64,000 bases of DNA from the human T2T-CHM13v2.0 reference genome, Homo sapiens, in the NCBI RefSeq assembly GCF_009914755.1, contig NC_060935.1; one strand, written 5' to 3'. Numbering within the stretch: the stretch's first letter is position 1; each line of letters starts with the position of its first letter. The position numbers and the translations under genes are program-made. The notes under the pieces are model-generated. The model worked only from the letters and a program-made list of their open reading frames with translations, searched no databases and was not told the DNA's origin. This document shows positions 1 to 26,999 of the stretch, in pieces.

Positions 1-254
1 CCTCCAGTGATCCGCCTGCCTTGGCCTCCCAAAGTGCTGGGATTACAGGCGTGAGCCACTGCGCCCAGCGGTACTTAACCTTAACAGCTCCCATCCCATT
101 CCAGTCTGTGACCCACAGTGGATATCTGTGGCTATATGGATGCCCACTAAATCAATCAGCCTATAAACAACTCATTCCTCATTTGAGACCACGGGTACCA
201 ATGTGTTGATAACATTTGGCTCAAAGGTCAACATATAGTAAGACAGGTGAAGCC

Positions 255-703
<449 letters not shown>

Positions 704-911
704 CTAACATGAGGCAACTCTTCAAAACTTTACTTTTCACTCTACATACCTTCTTATAAAATGGGAGATACTTTAGATAAATTGAGACTCTCTCGATTCT
801 ATAGCAGATATAGTTATGGATAATAGATTGGCATTAGACTATTTGTTGGCTGAACAATGACAGGTATATGCTGTGATTAATAAAACCTGCTGTACCTATG
901 TAAACAACTCA

Positions 912-1606
<695 letters not shown>

Positions 1607-1973
1607 CTACTATGCGGAATTCCATAAGGGGTTTCTACCGGCAGTGACTTGGTTTTTACCTAGGACCTTTAATAGCTCTCTTGTTACTATTGATCTTTGT
1701 TTGGCCTTTACTTATTTAACCTCTTAGTAAAGTTCGTGTCTTCTAGATTATAACAATTCCATGTGGAAATGATGCTTGCACTAGGTTTCTGACCCATCCT
1801 GTCTTCTAGCCTGGAAAATAAAGATCTCCTGCCTTTGGGGTCCTTAGATCAGGCAACCAGAGATTTTCACTCCTCCAACACCAGGCAGAGCCTATGCCCA
1901 TAAGATCAGCAGGAAGCAGTTGTAGAGGGTGGACCTCTGCCCTTCTACCACTTTTTAAGATTAAGGAGGAGTC

Positions 1974-3742
<1,769 letters not shown>

Positions 3743-4065
3743 AAGATGATTTTGAGGGCTTCAGTATTTAAAGGGGAAAAGCAGGCTGGAGGGGAAGGAG
3801 GGAGGGGATGGTCACATTATTAAATCCGTATGTTGGAAGAGAAAAGGAGCAGGGAGGGGAATAGTGACATATTCATCTAGTGCTTCTACATCGGCATTTT
3901 ACACAAGATAAGGTGAATGCAGAGTGTAGATATTTAACCTTTTATCCGTGGCTCTCTGCTTAGGAACAAAAGGAGAAGCAGCTTCTTGCCTGACTCAGCT
4001 TTCAGCTTAATTTTTTTCTTTTGGCAGAGTGAATTGGGATTCCAAGATTTTATTTGCCTTTCCCA
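3743..4065 (-). mobile_element. MER4-family LTR, 5' portion
   Basis: Reverse complement begins TGGGAAAGGCAAATAAAATCTTGG..CCCAATTCACT..GCCAAAAGAAAAAAATTAAGCTGAAAGCTGAGTCA, matching the MER4 LTR start. Confidence 0.8.
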
Positions 4066-4069
4066 TCAT

Positions 4070-5470
<1,401 letters not shown>

Positions 5471-5504
5471 TTAGCACGATCGTTGCCCCTGGCTCCTGAG
5501 TAAT

Positions 5505-6111
<607 letters not shown>

Positions 6112-6412
6112 TCACAGCCCCAAGGTTGCAGACAAGGTCCCGACCCACGTTAAGACGCAAAATAATTTATTGGAAGGTTTTTCTTAGACCCCTGGGAAGG
6201 CTAGGAAACCTGGCTTGGAAAGAAGGAGGAGCTCAAGGAGGCAGGAAGCTGCCCCACAGCCTGGGTTACCCCAGGAATAGGCTGGTCTAGGGGCCGCTGT
6301 AACCACTGCTGACACTGTGGATGTCACCATCAGGGACAGTGCCACTCTGGGACGCTGCGGCCATAGCCACTGGGAAGAGGTCCCAGTGGGCCCGGATTCT
6401 TTGTGGAGGAAT

Positions 6413-7696
6413 CTATAGGCCTGAGCTCTAGAGGCTGGGAAATGGAGGGGCAAGTCTCTGGTCCCCATGCTCAACAAGACCCCCTCAGTGGGGAATTCCT
6501 CATTGCAGAAGGGGCACCAGATGCAGGGCAGCTAAACAAGCAGCCAGGGATTCCTACCCCGAGAAATGTCCTCTAAGACAATAACAGCCAGTATTTGTTG
6601 AGCTCTCACTGGGTGCCAGGCCCCTGTGCCAAACTTCCTACATGGATTATCACAAAGAATACTCACATTAGCCCTGTGGGGTGGGGGTTATTATTATCTT
6701 GATTTTGCAGACAAGGAGGCAGGCACAGAGCAATTTGGCAACCTGCCCAGGACCACACGCATGAGGAGCAGGAGGCGGCATTGCATTGGGGGCACCTGTG
6801 TGCCAGGTCAGTGCAGGGCACTTTGCAGTCCTCTTAGGGCTGAGGGCCTTGGACACTCAGCACCATTTTCCCTGCTCTGTGGCTGCAGGGGGCTGCAGGG
6901 GCTGGAAGCCTGACAGCCACGTTTCCTTGAAGCCCCTGCAGCAGGGTTCTGGGTTACAGCCTGTCAGTCACAGGCATTTGCCTGACACCTGGAAGGCTGT
7001 GGGGAGGTGCAGTGGCAGGCAGGGGTGGGCTTTGCCAGATGTGACACTTTGCCAGTGACTTCTGGGGGTCTCCTGGGGCTGACCAGCCCCCCTCCGAGTG
7101 GTGCATGCTCCTGCAATTCCTCCAGTCCTAGTTTCTTTTCTTTCTTTTTCTTGAGACAGGGTCTCTTTCTGTCACCCAGGCTGGAGTGCAGTGGTGCAAT
7201 CATGGCTCATTGCAGCCTTGACCTCCCAGGCTCAAGCAGTCCTCCTGCCCCAGCCTCTTGAGTAGCTGGGACCACAGGCGTGCACCACCATGCCAGGCTA
7301 CAAATCCTAACTTCTGGACCAGGTGTGGCTGCCCCTCAGCTCTTTGGAAGGTTTTGCAAGCCTCAAATTCCCCGTGTTCAGTCCTTTCCTGCTTGAAATG
7401 CCATTTTCCCAACTGAACCTTGATGAGGCAGAGGTGTTAAGGCAAAGCAGCTGGGCCTATAGGCCTGAGCTCTAGAGGCTGGGGAATGGAGGAACAAGGC
7501 TCTGGTCCCCGCGCTCAACAAGACCCCCTCAATGGGGAATTCCACATTTCAGAAGGGACACCAGGTGTGGGGCAGCTCAACAAGCAGCCAGGGCCTCCTA
7601 CCCCAAGAAATGTCCTTCTAGGATAATAGCCAGCATTTGCCAAGCACTCACCGGTGCCAAGCCCCTGTGCCAAGCACTCACCGGGTGCCAGGCCCC
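6413..7696 (+). repeat. ~220-bp direct duplication (6413-6632 and 7457-7696)
   Basis: Colinear match starting ctataggcctgagctctagaggctggg in both copies. Confidence 0.92.
6580..6760 (-). mobile_element. MIR SINE
   Basis: tattattatc..attttgcagacaaggaggc..gcacagag..cctgcccagg..cacac resembles antisense MIR core. Confidence 0.7.
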
Positions 7697-9319
7697 AGGA
7701 GGCTGAGGCAGGACTGGCTTTAGAACAGGAAAGCTGGGGGTGCGAGCCCGGCTCTGCCAGTTCTGTGGGTTTGTGGTTTTTTGGTCGCTTCATGTGCCTG
7801 AGTCTCATTTTCCTGTTTCCTCATTTGGAACAGGCAGTGGTGGCGTCTCTCATGGGGACGTGGAGATAAACCAGGGCGACATCGGGGACACACAAGCCCA
7901 GTGCCTGCGGCGATGGCCGATGAGGCGCTCTTTCCATTTCCTGGTAGCAGATGAGGAAAGTGAGGCTCAAAGAGGTGATGTCATTTGCCCCAAATCACAC
8001 AGTTGGGAGGTGGTGGGGTGCGAATTCAAACCCAGGAGTGTGAAGCTTCCAGCTCGTCTGTTTCTCCCTGGCTGTGGGTCAGTGCCCTGTGGGAGGCCAG
8101 GATGCCGGTCAGGGACTGGCATGGCAGGGTGAGGGGAGCAGGGTGGGCCAGCCTGCCTCCCCTCCCTCTCCTGGGGCTGCTGCCCTGTGGAGTAGGGGAC
8201 TGCCATGGCCCTCACCTGTCCACCTTGTCTCCTTGCCTGGGCCTTGTCAGCCCTGTGCACTCCACAGGGCAGGGACAGGGCCTGCTGTTGACAGAAGTTC
8301 AGAACAAGGCAGTGCTTGGCCCTGGGTCCTGCGCAGATCAGTGCTGGGGCTGGCCTGGGGCCCGAGCTCAAGCCTCCGAATCCCCTTGCCCAGGCTGGAC
8401 TCTTGCTGCACCGGGGCAGGTTGGCAGAGGCCTGGAGGTTTTCTCTGGGCTGCAGGTTGAGGCACCTGGGCTTGCAGACGCACGTCTGGCGGTCCAGCTT
8501 CCTCCCTGGCAGCCTCTCTCCTGCGACAGCAATATGGTGGTCTGCAGCTTCAGGCCAGCTCCATTGCTGCCCATGAGGCTACCCCAGTGGAGAGAGGTCA
8601 CCTTGCCTCAGGGTCCCAGCTGAAGTCCCCAGGCTGCATCTCATTGGCCAGGCTTGGTGATATGTTCATCCCTGACCAGTCGCAGTGCCCGGGGGGTGCG
8701 CCCTCTCATAGGCCAGCCATGGAGTAGGCTGGGGTCAGAAAAGGCCTCTCCTCCCTGAGCCACATGAACTGAGAATGGGGAGGTGACCTTTCCAGAGAGG
8801 GGGTAATGGACTCTAGGAGTCAGAAGTAGTGAATGACCCTGACGGGGAAACGCAGGCCCCACTGTCGCCAGCCCTGCTGATGGTGGCCATCCTTTCTTCC
8901 TCACCTTGGCAGCAGGAGCTGGATGGAGTCTGGGGAGGTGGCAGGTACATGCTGGAGCTCAGAGTGTGAGAGACAGTTGAGGATGGAATGTTCTCTTGGA
9001 GAAGCGAGAATAATGTCTCCTCCCCTTCTCCAAACAGCAAGTGCCCGGCCCAGCCTCTGTCTCAGGAAACTCTCTAACAGCCAAGATCAGGGCCTTATGG
9101 AGAGCTGACCCAAGGCCAGGCACTATGTTGGACACATCTGATGAGTCACCTCACTTCAGCCTTGCCAAAGCTTCATGAGCACCCATTTCACAGATGAAGA
9201 AACGGAGGCTCAGAAAGACAAACGTTTCAGCCAATAAGTGGCTGAATCTATGCTCAAACCTAGGTCTGTGTGATCCCAGACCCTGAATTCTACAAGTCCA
9301 CCAAAAACTCCTCTTTATC

Positions 9320-10207
<888 letters not shown>

Positions 10208-10511
10208 TCATCAGTGTCTTGTTAAAGTAGTGCTGTTCTAGTTGTAAACGAGTTAGTGTGAGGTTGTGGGCCATGTCTGAGGCCTCAGCTCTCAGCCCAG
10301 GAAATAAGGCTGTTGTGAGTGAGTAAGGTGGGGGTGAAGGATGTGGGAGGGGGGCTCTACTTCCAAAGTTGCTGAGGCAGTGTTGAAGGCCGCAGGACAC
10401 TTCCTCACCACTGTGGCCCAACTCTTCTTTCTCCCTCAAAACCCAGCTCGAAGGACACTTCCTCCCAGAAGTCTTCTCTGCTGTGCCTATAACCCTCCCC
10501 TGACCCCAGGA

Positions 10512-10623
10512 AGACACACACACACACACACACACACACAACTTCTCTGTGTACTCCATCCCCTACGTTGTACTCATCAAAGCCCCAACCATAGTGTGTG
10601 TGTGTGGTGTGTATGGTGTGTAT

Positions 10624-10655
<32 letters not shown>

Positions 10656-10666
10656 TGTCTGTCTGT
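10512..10666. repeat. (CA)n at 10514-10540 and compound (TG)n/(CTGT)n at 10594-10666
   Basis: Read directly from sequence. Confidence 0.97.
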
Positions 10667-11427
10667 CTCCTCGGTCAGACTGGGACAACCTGAGGGCAAG
10701 GAGAGGGAATTCCCTGATGCCCAAGGTGTGCCCCGTGTAGATCATGGTACAGAGTGGAGGCTCAGCAAACAGAGCATAAATGAATGAGTGAGTGAATGAA
10801 TGCATGGAATCTTGGGGTGAGTTTCCCTGAAGACAGCCCCAGGGTGCTGTGGCTGTAGGAGCTGGACCGTCTAGTGCCTTGGTCTGGGGGTGGCTGAAGC
10901 TGGAGGAGGGAAAGAGGCCAGTCCTTTGCAGCTTCTGGAGGCCAGAGTCCAAGGTCAGCTTCTCTCAACAGGACCCCTCTGAACCCGGCTGACACCACGG
11001 CCTTTGGAAGCCATGTGGTCAGTAACACGCTGTCACCCTTACTGCAGTCTGTTCACCTGACCTAATGACTGGGAACCTCAGGTCTGTGACTCAATGCCCA
11101 GAATGCTGTCTGGTATGGGGGTATGGGTCACACCTGGCTCATCTCCAGGACAGCCCTGTTCTGCGTGTCTGCCAGCCAAGGGGTCACGTGCTAACCTGGC
11201 TGCCCCACTGGGGGTGGGAGGGGCAGCTTCAGGATGGGGCCGCATCAGGCCCCATCTCCCTACCAGGCCCGTCAGTGGGCACCCTGCGCCTCTCTCTCTC
11301 ATTCCTTCTTTTGAGCCTGCAGCACTACTCCCCGACCAAAGCACACTTTCCCTTCTCGTCTGGAGGAGAGATGGGGCCTCGTGCCAGCTCTGCCCCTGCC
11401 TGACACACACGCTTGGCCCGTCACTGA

Positions 11428-16934
<5,507 letters not shown>

Positions 16935-18223
16935 AGCTGGTGCCTTGGAGCCTGGGGTTAATGTCTGCCTCTGTCACTTGCCACCAGCTGCACAATCTCA
17001 GGCAGGCCGATTTCCTTGTTTATTAAGGCCCCAGAGCACCACCACCCTGAGTGGGGTATTCCCCGTTCGTTTCCCCACAGGCCCAGTTTCTGTATGGCTC
17101 CCTGTATGGAGTGTGGTAGCCCCCCAAGGCATGTTGCTTTGTTCCCTGAGCCCCAGAAGCCTGCACTCACTGGAAGTCCACTGGAGGCCCACCATGAAGG
17201 TTGTCTGCCATCCTCTTGGGTGACCCATGCCATGATTTCTCACAACTGTGACCACTCCACTACCAGGGTCCCGACTAGGACCTTGTTCTCACAGGAAAGT
17301 GTGGCCCCTCCAGAGCTCTGAGCGCCTGTTCTCCGCCTGCCCTCCACACTTGCTTACTGCTCCAATGCTTGGCAGTCCTCTGCCCACAGGGAGCCTCCAG
17401 GATTCAAACACCTCCACCTTCACCTGTCTAGTGACCCACTCAGCTCACAGACTTGCCTTTTCTTCCCTAACCTGCAGGTATGCACGGCTTCTCATGCAAC
17501 CCCTTCTCCTGCCAACCTGAACCCTAGGGCCCCCAGCCCTGCTGTCTTCTGTGGTCTCCACCTGGGTAAAGGCCCACGTGTGCCTGAGAGGCTCACACCT
17601 GTGCAGGGAAGTGCTGGCCACCAGCCTGGGCTCAGGACACTGACCTGGTACCTTGAAAGTGATGAGTAGATATTTCTTTAATGAATGATAACTAGGTTTC
17701 TACAGTCAGCATGCTTTCCCATTCTCAATTTCAAACCTCCTTCTTACTCCTCAAACCTCCTGGCCCTCCTGTCTTCACTCTCATCTGCCTCCTACTTACC
17801 AGACAAGAGAAAACCTCACTCTGGACTGGCTCCCTCACCACATCCCAAATCCTCTTTTCCTCCTGGAAGGAAGACGGATCTACTCTCTGAAGACCCCCCT
17901 GAGGCCCTACTCCAAGTAACTCCTTCACTTTCTTTCTCAGAACACACTTACTATGCAAGCTCCCCGCCTCCAAGATTCAACTTGGGTCTCCTATTAATGA
18001 AATGAACCTCCTCCCTTCCCAGTGGTCATCCTCTCTCGTTCCTCCTTCACAAACTTTGCCTCCACCCTCTCAACCCATCCGGCTCTTCCTTGAAGCACTG
18101 ACCTAAGCTCAGCTCTCCGAAGTCGAGGACCAACAGCGGGGGAGCAGCCTTTCCTGCCGCCCCCAGGCCTCAGTGAGGGTGGGTGCAGGGGCTGCCCTCA
18201 GCCAGCTCCCTAGGCTAGCTCAC

Positions 18224-18563
18224 TGCTGTGGTCTGAGCATGGCCCCAGGTTCATGCTGGAAACTCAGCCCCCAGTGCAACAGTGTGTTGAGAAGTGGGGT
18301 CTAAGAGGCAATTCGGTCATGAAGGCCCTGCCTCATGAATGAATGGATTAATGCCATTATCGTGGGAGTGGGCTCCCAATAGAAGTCAAGCCCCTTCCCC
18401 TCTCTGCAGCACGGGACGATGCAGCAGAAAGGTCTTCCTCGCCAGAATCGGCCCCTCCATCTTGAACTTCCCAGCCTCCAGAACCATGAACCAAACAAAC
18501 GTCTATTGGTTCTAAATTGCCCAGTCTGTGATATTGTGATAGCAGTACAAAGAGACCAAGACA
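18224..18563 (+). mobile_element. Solo MST-type (ERVL-MaLR) LTR
   Basis: TG...CA termini; gccctgcctcatgaat..ggattaatgcc and cttgaacttcccagcctccagaaccatga motifs; near-TSD ctcac/cccac. Confidence 0.85.
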
Positions 18564-19086
18564 CCCACTCTCATGGCTTTGATTTTACCCCACATTGAAG
18601 ATTCAAATCTTGTTCCCTGCTCCAAACCCCAAGAACGTACTAGGTGCTCAAACAACACGGAAGTGCACCTTCACTCCTGCCACACTGGGCCCCAGCTGCT
18701 CAGGGCCTCACACTGGTTCCAGCGGTCTGGTGTGCCTGAGCAGGCCCAGCAGCGCTCTGCCTCCCTTCAGCCAGAGTAGACTCAACAAGGTGGGCTGCCC
18801 CAAAAAGACCTAAGTCACTGTTTACTGCAAGTCAGCTGAAAACCCCACAAACCTGGCAAGGAGGACGCGGGATCTGGCAACAGATCTGGCTTTTTCAGAA
18901 CATTACCAAAGCAATCTCTACGGGCCTGCGTCTGTCTTCTGTCCTCCAGATTAGCAGCTTTACAACAGTTTCCATGAATATGTGTTAAGCTTAACGGCCT
19001 GGGAGAAAATAAGTGGCAGATGGTGGAGGCAGTGTTAGTGAGCGACCCCCTTTCCCAGTCTTGGCCATTCACACACACTGCCCCTA

Positions 19087-19415
<329 letters not shown>

Positions 19416-20478
19416 TCAATAAATTTCCTTTTCCCCTGGGCTCTATCATTAGCAAACACAAGTAATGCCCATGTGCTCTAGGACATCAGGGAGGGAGTAA
19501 ACCTCACCTTCCTTTGCATGCGAGGGTCACACGTGCCATAGTCACAGGGAGTGCCCTGGAGCTGGCAACTTGCTTGTACTCTGCTCTGGGTGCGACTGGG
19601 TTCTGCAGCAGAGTACGCAACGGTGCAGCAGGTCAGTGACAGAAAGTTGACATTTGAGAAACGAGTCACACAAGGGCTCCCGGCAAGTTAGCTACCATTG
19701 GCTATTGGAAGAGTAGAGAGAAAACCTGAGATGCTGAACAAGACTCCTAAGTACTTAACAGACATGCCACGCTTAGCCTTTTTCTATACTGGGAACCCAA
19801 GTTTGGGTGGATACTTCAATCAATTAGGAAAAATCAATAATCAATACTTGACTAGTCCCGTGTGTGCAGCACTCACCCAGATTATCCTCATGAGTGAATG
19901 CAGCTCAACCAGAAACTTAACTGATGACGGGACCAGGCGTCCACACTGATCTCCGGCACAGAATGATGCTGGGTGCCAGGAAAGAGATGTGGAGATTAAG
20001 CAGCTTGCTCAGGGATACTCAGATGTTGCAGGTTTCCTCTCTCCTGTACAGTCATATTTCAACAGTAAATGGGTGAAAAAAGGACCCAGGCCAGTCATGA
20101 GTATGCTAACTTTGACCAATACGGAGAGGGGGGAAAAAAACAACTCCAAGTAATCAGGAACTATTAATGCATTTGGGTTGCAAAAGCCTTCGATGTTATT
20201 GTGCTCCATGTTGAGGGCAAACATTTCTTGGGTTCAAGGACTAGGAAGGTATGTAGTTTAGTCTCCCTACTAAAAGAAGAATGTATGTTTACCCTCTCTT
20301 CTCTTAAAAATGAGTGGCACCAGACACAAGAGACCAGGGCCCAGAGAACTCAACACTCACAGGTATTGAAAAGCTTTAGAAATTGATTTTACAAATTGTT
20401 TTACATGAAAATTTTGTGGAGAAAGTCACCACTTTGATCTTTTTTTTTTCTTTTCAGATACAGTGAACACCGGCCAAA

Positions 20479-23303
20479 TTGTTTTAATTTCCGAATTTAT
20501 TAAAATGATTAACCTCAATACTGCAAGTGCATGTACAAAATATTTGTAAAAAATGTTTTTAATGAAACGTTAAAGAACTTACCTCAAATGCTGAAAAAGT
20601 CCTTTTTCATTCTTTCAGTACAAGGAATACATTGTATCTCAAAAGTATTACAACTCAGCAAAAACAATTTATAACAGTAATTTGAAAATGATTGAAAATT
20701 GAATACTTTACATATATTTCTATGATCATCTCCTAATTCTTACAATGCCAAAATCTTAACCAATCATTGCATAAGCTCAAGCTAAGAGTTTTATTGAATG
20801 CAACCTCTTCTAAACTGGTCAACGGTGTGTGGCTGTCACCATTCCACACGGTGAAGTTCTACAGCAGATCCGGAACAGTTCCGAGGCCCCTACCTTTACC
20901 AACGGAAATTAGGTTTCCCTAGAAGGCATCAACAGTGGCTGCTGAGTGCTTGTGCATACCGACTCCTGAGAGGCAGTGATTTACTACCAAATGTCACTGC
21001 TTTGAGACCCATGGGAAGGTTGGCCTCCAAAGAGGAGGCCATGATAAAATTAAAACATCAAAAATAAGTTACTAAAATTCAGCTGAAAAATGAAAATGGG
21101 AAATGTGTTTTGTCACTTTTTAAGATCGAAATTCCCAAAATAGCTATCGTTGGTATTCAAATAAGGTTTAAGATTTAGTCTCTGAACCTCTTCAAAACAC
21201 CCCAAACTAAGGTGGGAATACAAGAGGTGACCCGCTGCCCTCCAGCACCTCCAGACACAGGGTCTACCTTCATCTTCCTCAGTGGCAGGGGTTCACATTT
21301 CTATGCAGGGACCCCATGAGGGCTGGACGTGCTCTGCAAAGTGCTCCGGGTGCCTCGGACAGGTGCTCCTGAGAGGCTGTGTGGGCTGCCCTACTTCACT
21401 GTTGAAGACCTCCAGACGCAGTGAACGGGGGTATGGGTGGGTGTGGAAGAAGGTCTACCACATGCTTTCCAAACGCCTGAGGAGTTCGACTGCACCACAA
21501 CAAACAAGGATGAGACTATGTAAGACTGCAGAAGTAGTTCCTTAGAGAACCAGGAGAAAACAATCTACTTTCTAAAAATGTTCATGAGTCTTAATTTCTA
21601 TTTGGAACCTATGGGCAATCAACAGTCTTAAGGAGCGTCATTGAAACAATATCCCCCCAAACCTGGAAACTAGTAGGAATCAATTAGTAGTAACAGTAAG
21701 CATTGAGATTTTCTCCACTGGACTTTTCATGACCTTCAGATTCCTTTTCATATTTCAAGACATGGGCTACTTTCCTATAGACACTATACAAATCCCCTGA
21801 ATTGATTTTTACTTAGGAACACTGTATATCAGAAAGTACAGGTACACATTTCCCAGAAATAAAGAGACCTACTGGTGTCAAACACCTGTTACAGATTTAT
21901 ATTCCCAAATTCTCTGTCCAATGATTTGCAAAATAATCCAGAGAAATGAAAAGAACCTGGTATTGAACATAAAGTAGTAATAAAAATTTGCTCATTAAGT
22001 TAATTAAAATTAATTTCTCAAAGTGCTTCAAAAAACAAATTAAATCTGACTCCTTTTTGTTTAACTGATAATATAGTCAAAAAAATCTTTGATGTTTTCA
22101 TAATAAACTAACATAAACTAACATAAGCCAAGAACTCCCACTGATGCAGTGCTTAAAACTATATATTTATAATTTCCTATTTTATTGGCATGAATATTTC
22201 TAAACTTAAAAACCTTCCTGGTAAGTTCTTTTAATTTCTTATGACAAAAATTTCTCACAACACACAAATATTTACAACATATACATTGTTTTCAGTTCTT
22301 TACATTGAATCTCAAAGACAAACTTTTTTTATAGGTTACCACAGAACAAAAGCTGTGACTCATGTTTTTATTTCATAAACTATTATAAGTTAAAGTGAAT
22401 AGATTTTTTTAATATTCCTTGTAGCATTTTACAAGTGCAACAGAAAACTTGAAGAACCAAATTAAGATAGCTGTAGTTCATTAGATAAATGTTGCTTGTT
22501 GTCATCACGTTGTTCACAGCAAATTTTTGAAAAAATAAGCACCAATCATTCTTGCAAAGAACAATTTTATCTAAAAGGATTGAAAAGAGTTAAATACAAG
22601 GTTTTTAATTTACATGACAAGCAATAAATACGCTGTATCGAACCTCATCCCACACACTGCTACCCTCGTACATATAATGAACTGAAAAGTGAGCTGTCAC
22701 GTATGTCGTTTTTTTTTTTTTTTTAAGAAACCAATCTGACTCCCAACCAATGGTTTGCGATATTAACAAAGGCCACAAACAGTACACCTGGGCCAGCAAA
22801 CAGTGTGAAACTGACAAAACTCCAAGGGGGAAACATCTAGCAAATAAATCAAAAAGCCAAAGATCATTGCTGGTGATATTAGCATACTAGAAACCCTTAA
22901 TATGCTGCTACTATGATTTGTTTTAAATTATTGTTTAGTCATATATTAAAGAGCCAGCTGATGCTCTTACAGTTAAAAAAACTGTGTAGCCACATTACTG
23001 TTTTCAACGTCCTGTGTGGAAAGTTGCTATCACTGTACAATTTTGCTTGAGCCTTTATTTTACAACAGGGCTTTACCTCTAACTCAGAATTGCACGTAAG
23101 AAGGCTATTTAAAAAGTACGATAAAAATTTGCACAAATCAGACTTAAGAATTGAGTCAGTATGCTGTACACTTTCTACAATAGTATGCTGATAAGTGAAG
23201 GGACAATAGAAGTGCTGCCACTAAACTTTCAGTTGAGGAATAATTGACTGGAATTTTTTATTTCTTTAAAGTAGTTATCCCAGGTCAAGTTAAGACCAAG
23301 AGC
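20479..23303 (-). other. KMT5B: KMT5B long-isoform 3' UTR (~2.8 kb, AU-rich, no recognisable repeats)
   Basis: Follows the stop codon; ends just after AATAAA and ATTAAA hexamers; exact cleavage site estimated. Confidence 0.75.
20483..20501 (-). terminator. Distal poly(A) signal of KMT5B (AATAAA 20501-20496, ATTAAA 20488-20483)
   Basis: Tandem hexamers, upstream TGTA motifs, GT-rich sequence downstream (ggtgttcactgtatctg). Confidence 0.75.
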
Positions 23304-24884
<1,581 letters not shown>

Positions 24885-25630
24885 TTACACAAACGCCAAC
24901 ACCACGGCTCCTGCTGCAGATTCTGCCAGCGCACCTGCATTCCCTACACTGCTTCTCTTTGAAGTTCTTTTCTAATTTATGGGGCATCTATTCATTTTTG
25001 AGGTAAGTAGTTGCACGGTTAAGGAGCTTTTCACAGCAGGGACCTAGATTCCACTCTAAGCTTCTTAATCTGTCGTGACACTGGCCCAAACGAACGCTTT
25101 CTTCTCCTGATTTAGTAGTTTCCCACATAAAAGATTTCAAAGAAAGTTAACATGGTTTTTTCCTTTCACAGATTCTCCTTAGTCATTTAAAATGTTTCTA
25201 AAATCCATTGCTCATTAACCTAAAGGAAGTACAGCACTTGGCCATTAACATAGAGTAGAAATAGAATACTCATGGGCTCTAAGGAACAAATTCTATCGCA
25301 ATGGTTTCAAACAAGAAAAACAGATGCTAAGAACCATATATTATCACTCTGAAAAGTACAGTCACTACCGAAAAAGAAATGCACTATTCTAAGTTGTCCC
25401 CTTCAACTCCGTGAGGAACAGAAGAGGCAACCAGTGGGCTGTCAACTTAGAAGAGCTGCAAAGCTTACTCAGCCCCATCCCTTCAGTGACGGCCAGATGC
25501 CAACAATCACAGTGAAGGAAGATGCACGCTGCTAGAATTGTACACTCTCAGGACAAAGGGAGATCCAACTTCTTTCCTCCAAGGCCAGGATAGAAAAGGG
25601 TTACAATGACCCTAATGGTAATGACAACCT

Positions 25631-26928
<1,298 letters not shown>

Positions 26929-26999
26929 CACTAGTGAAGAAAGGACTGCACTGCTTGGCTTCCCTTTGCTTGGCTCTCTCAGATGTGGCTACGATGATC

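Noticed and set aside
7985-8623. 212-aa ORF and other overlapping ORFs in GC-rich 6-18 kb
   Set aside because: Open frames on both strands reflect high GC; no recognisable domain or exon structure
20436-20460. Strong + strand acceptor-like tract (t)n-cttttcag beside the KMT5B 3' end, suggesting an antisense exon
   Set aside because: A lone T-run with no supported exon; on the minus strand it is an A-run that could also cause oligo-dT internal priming
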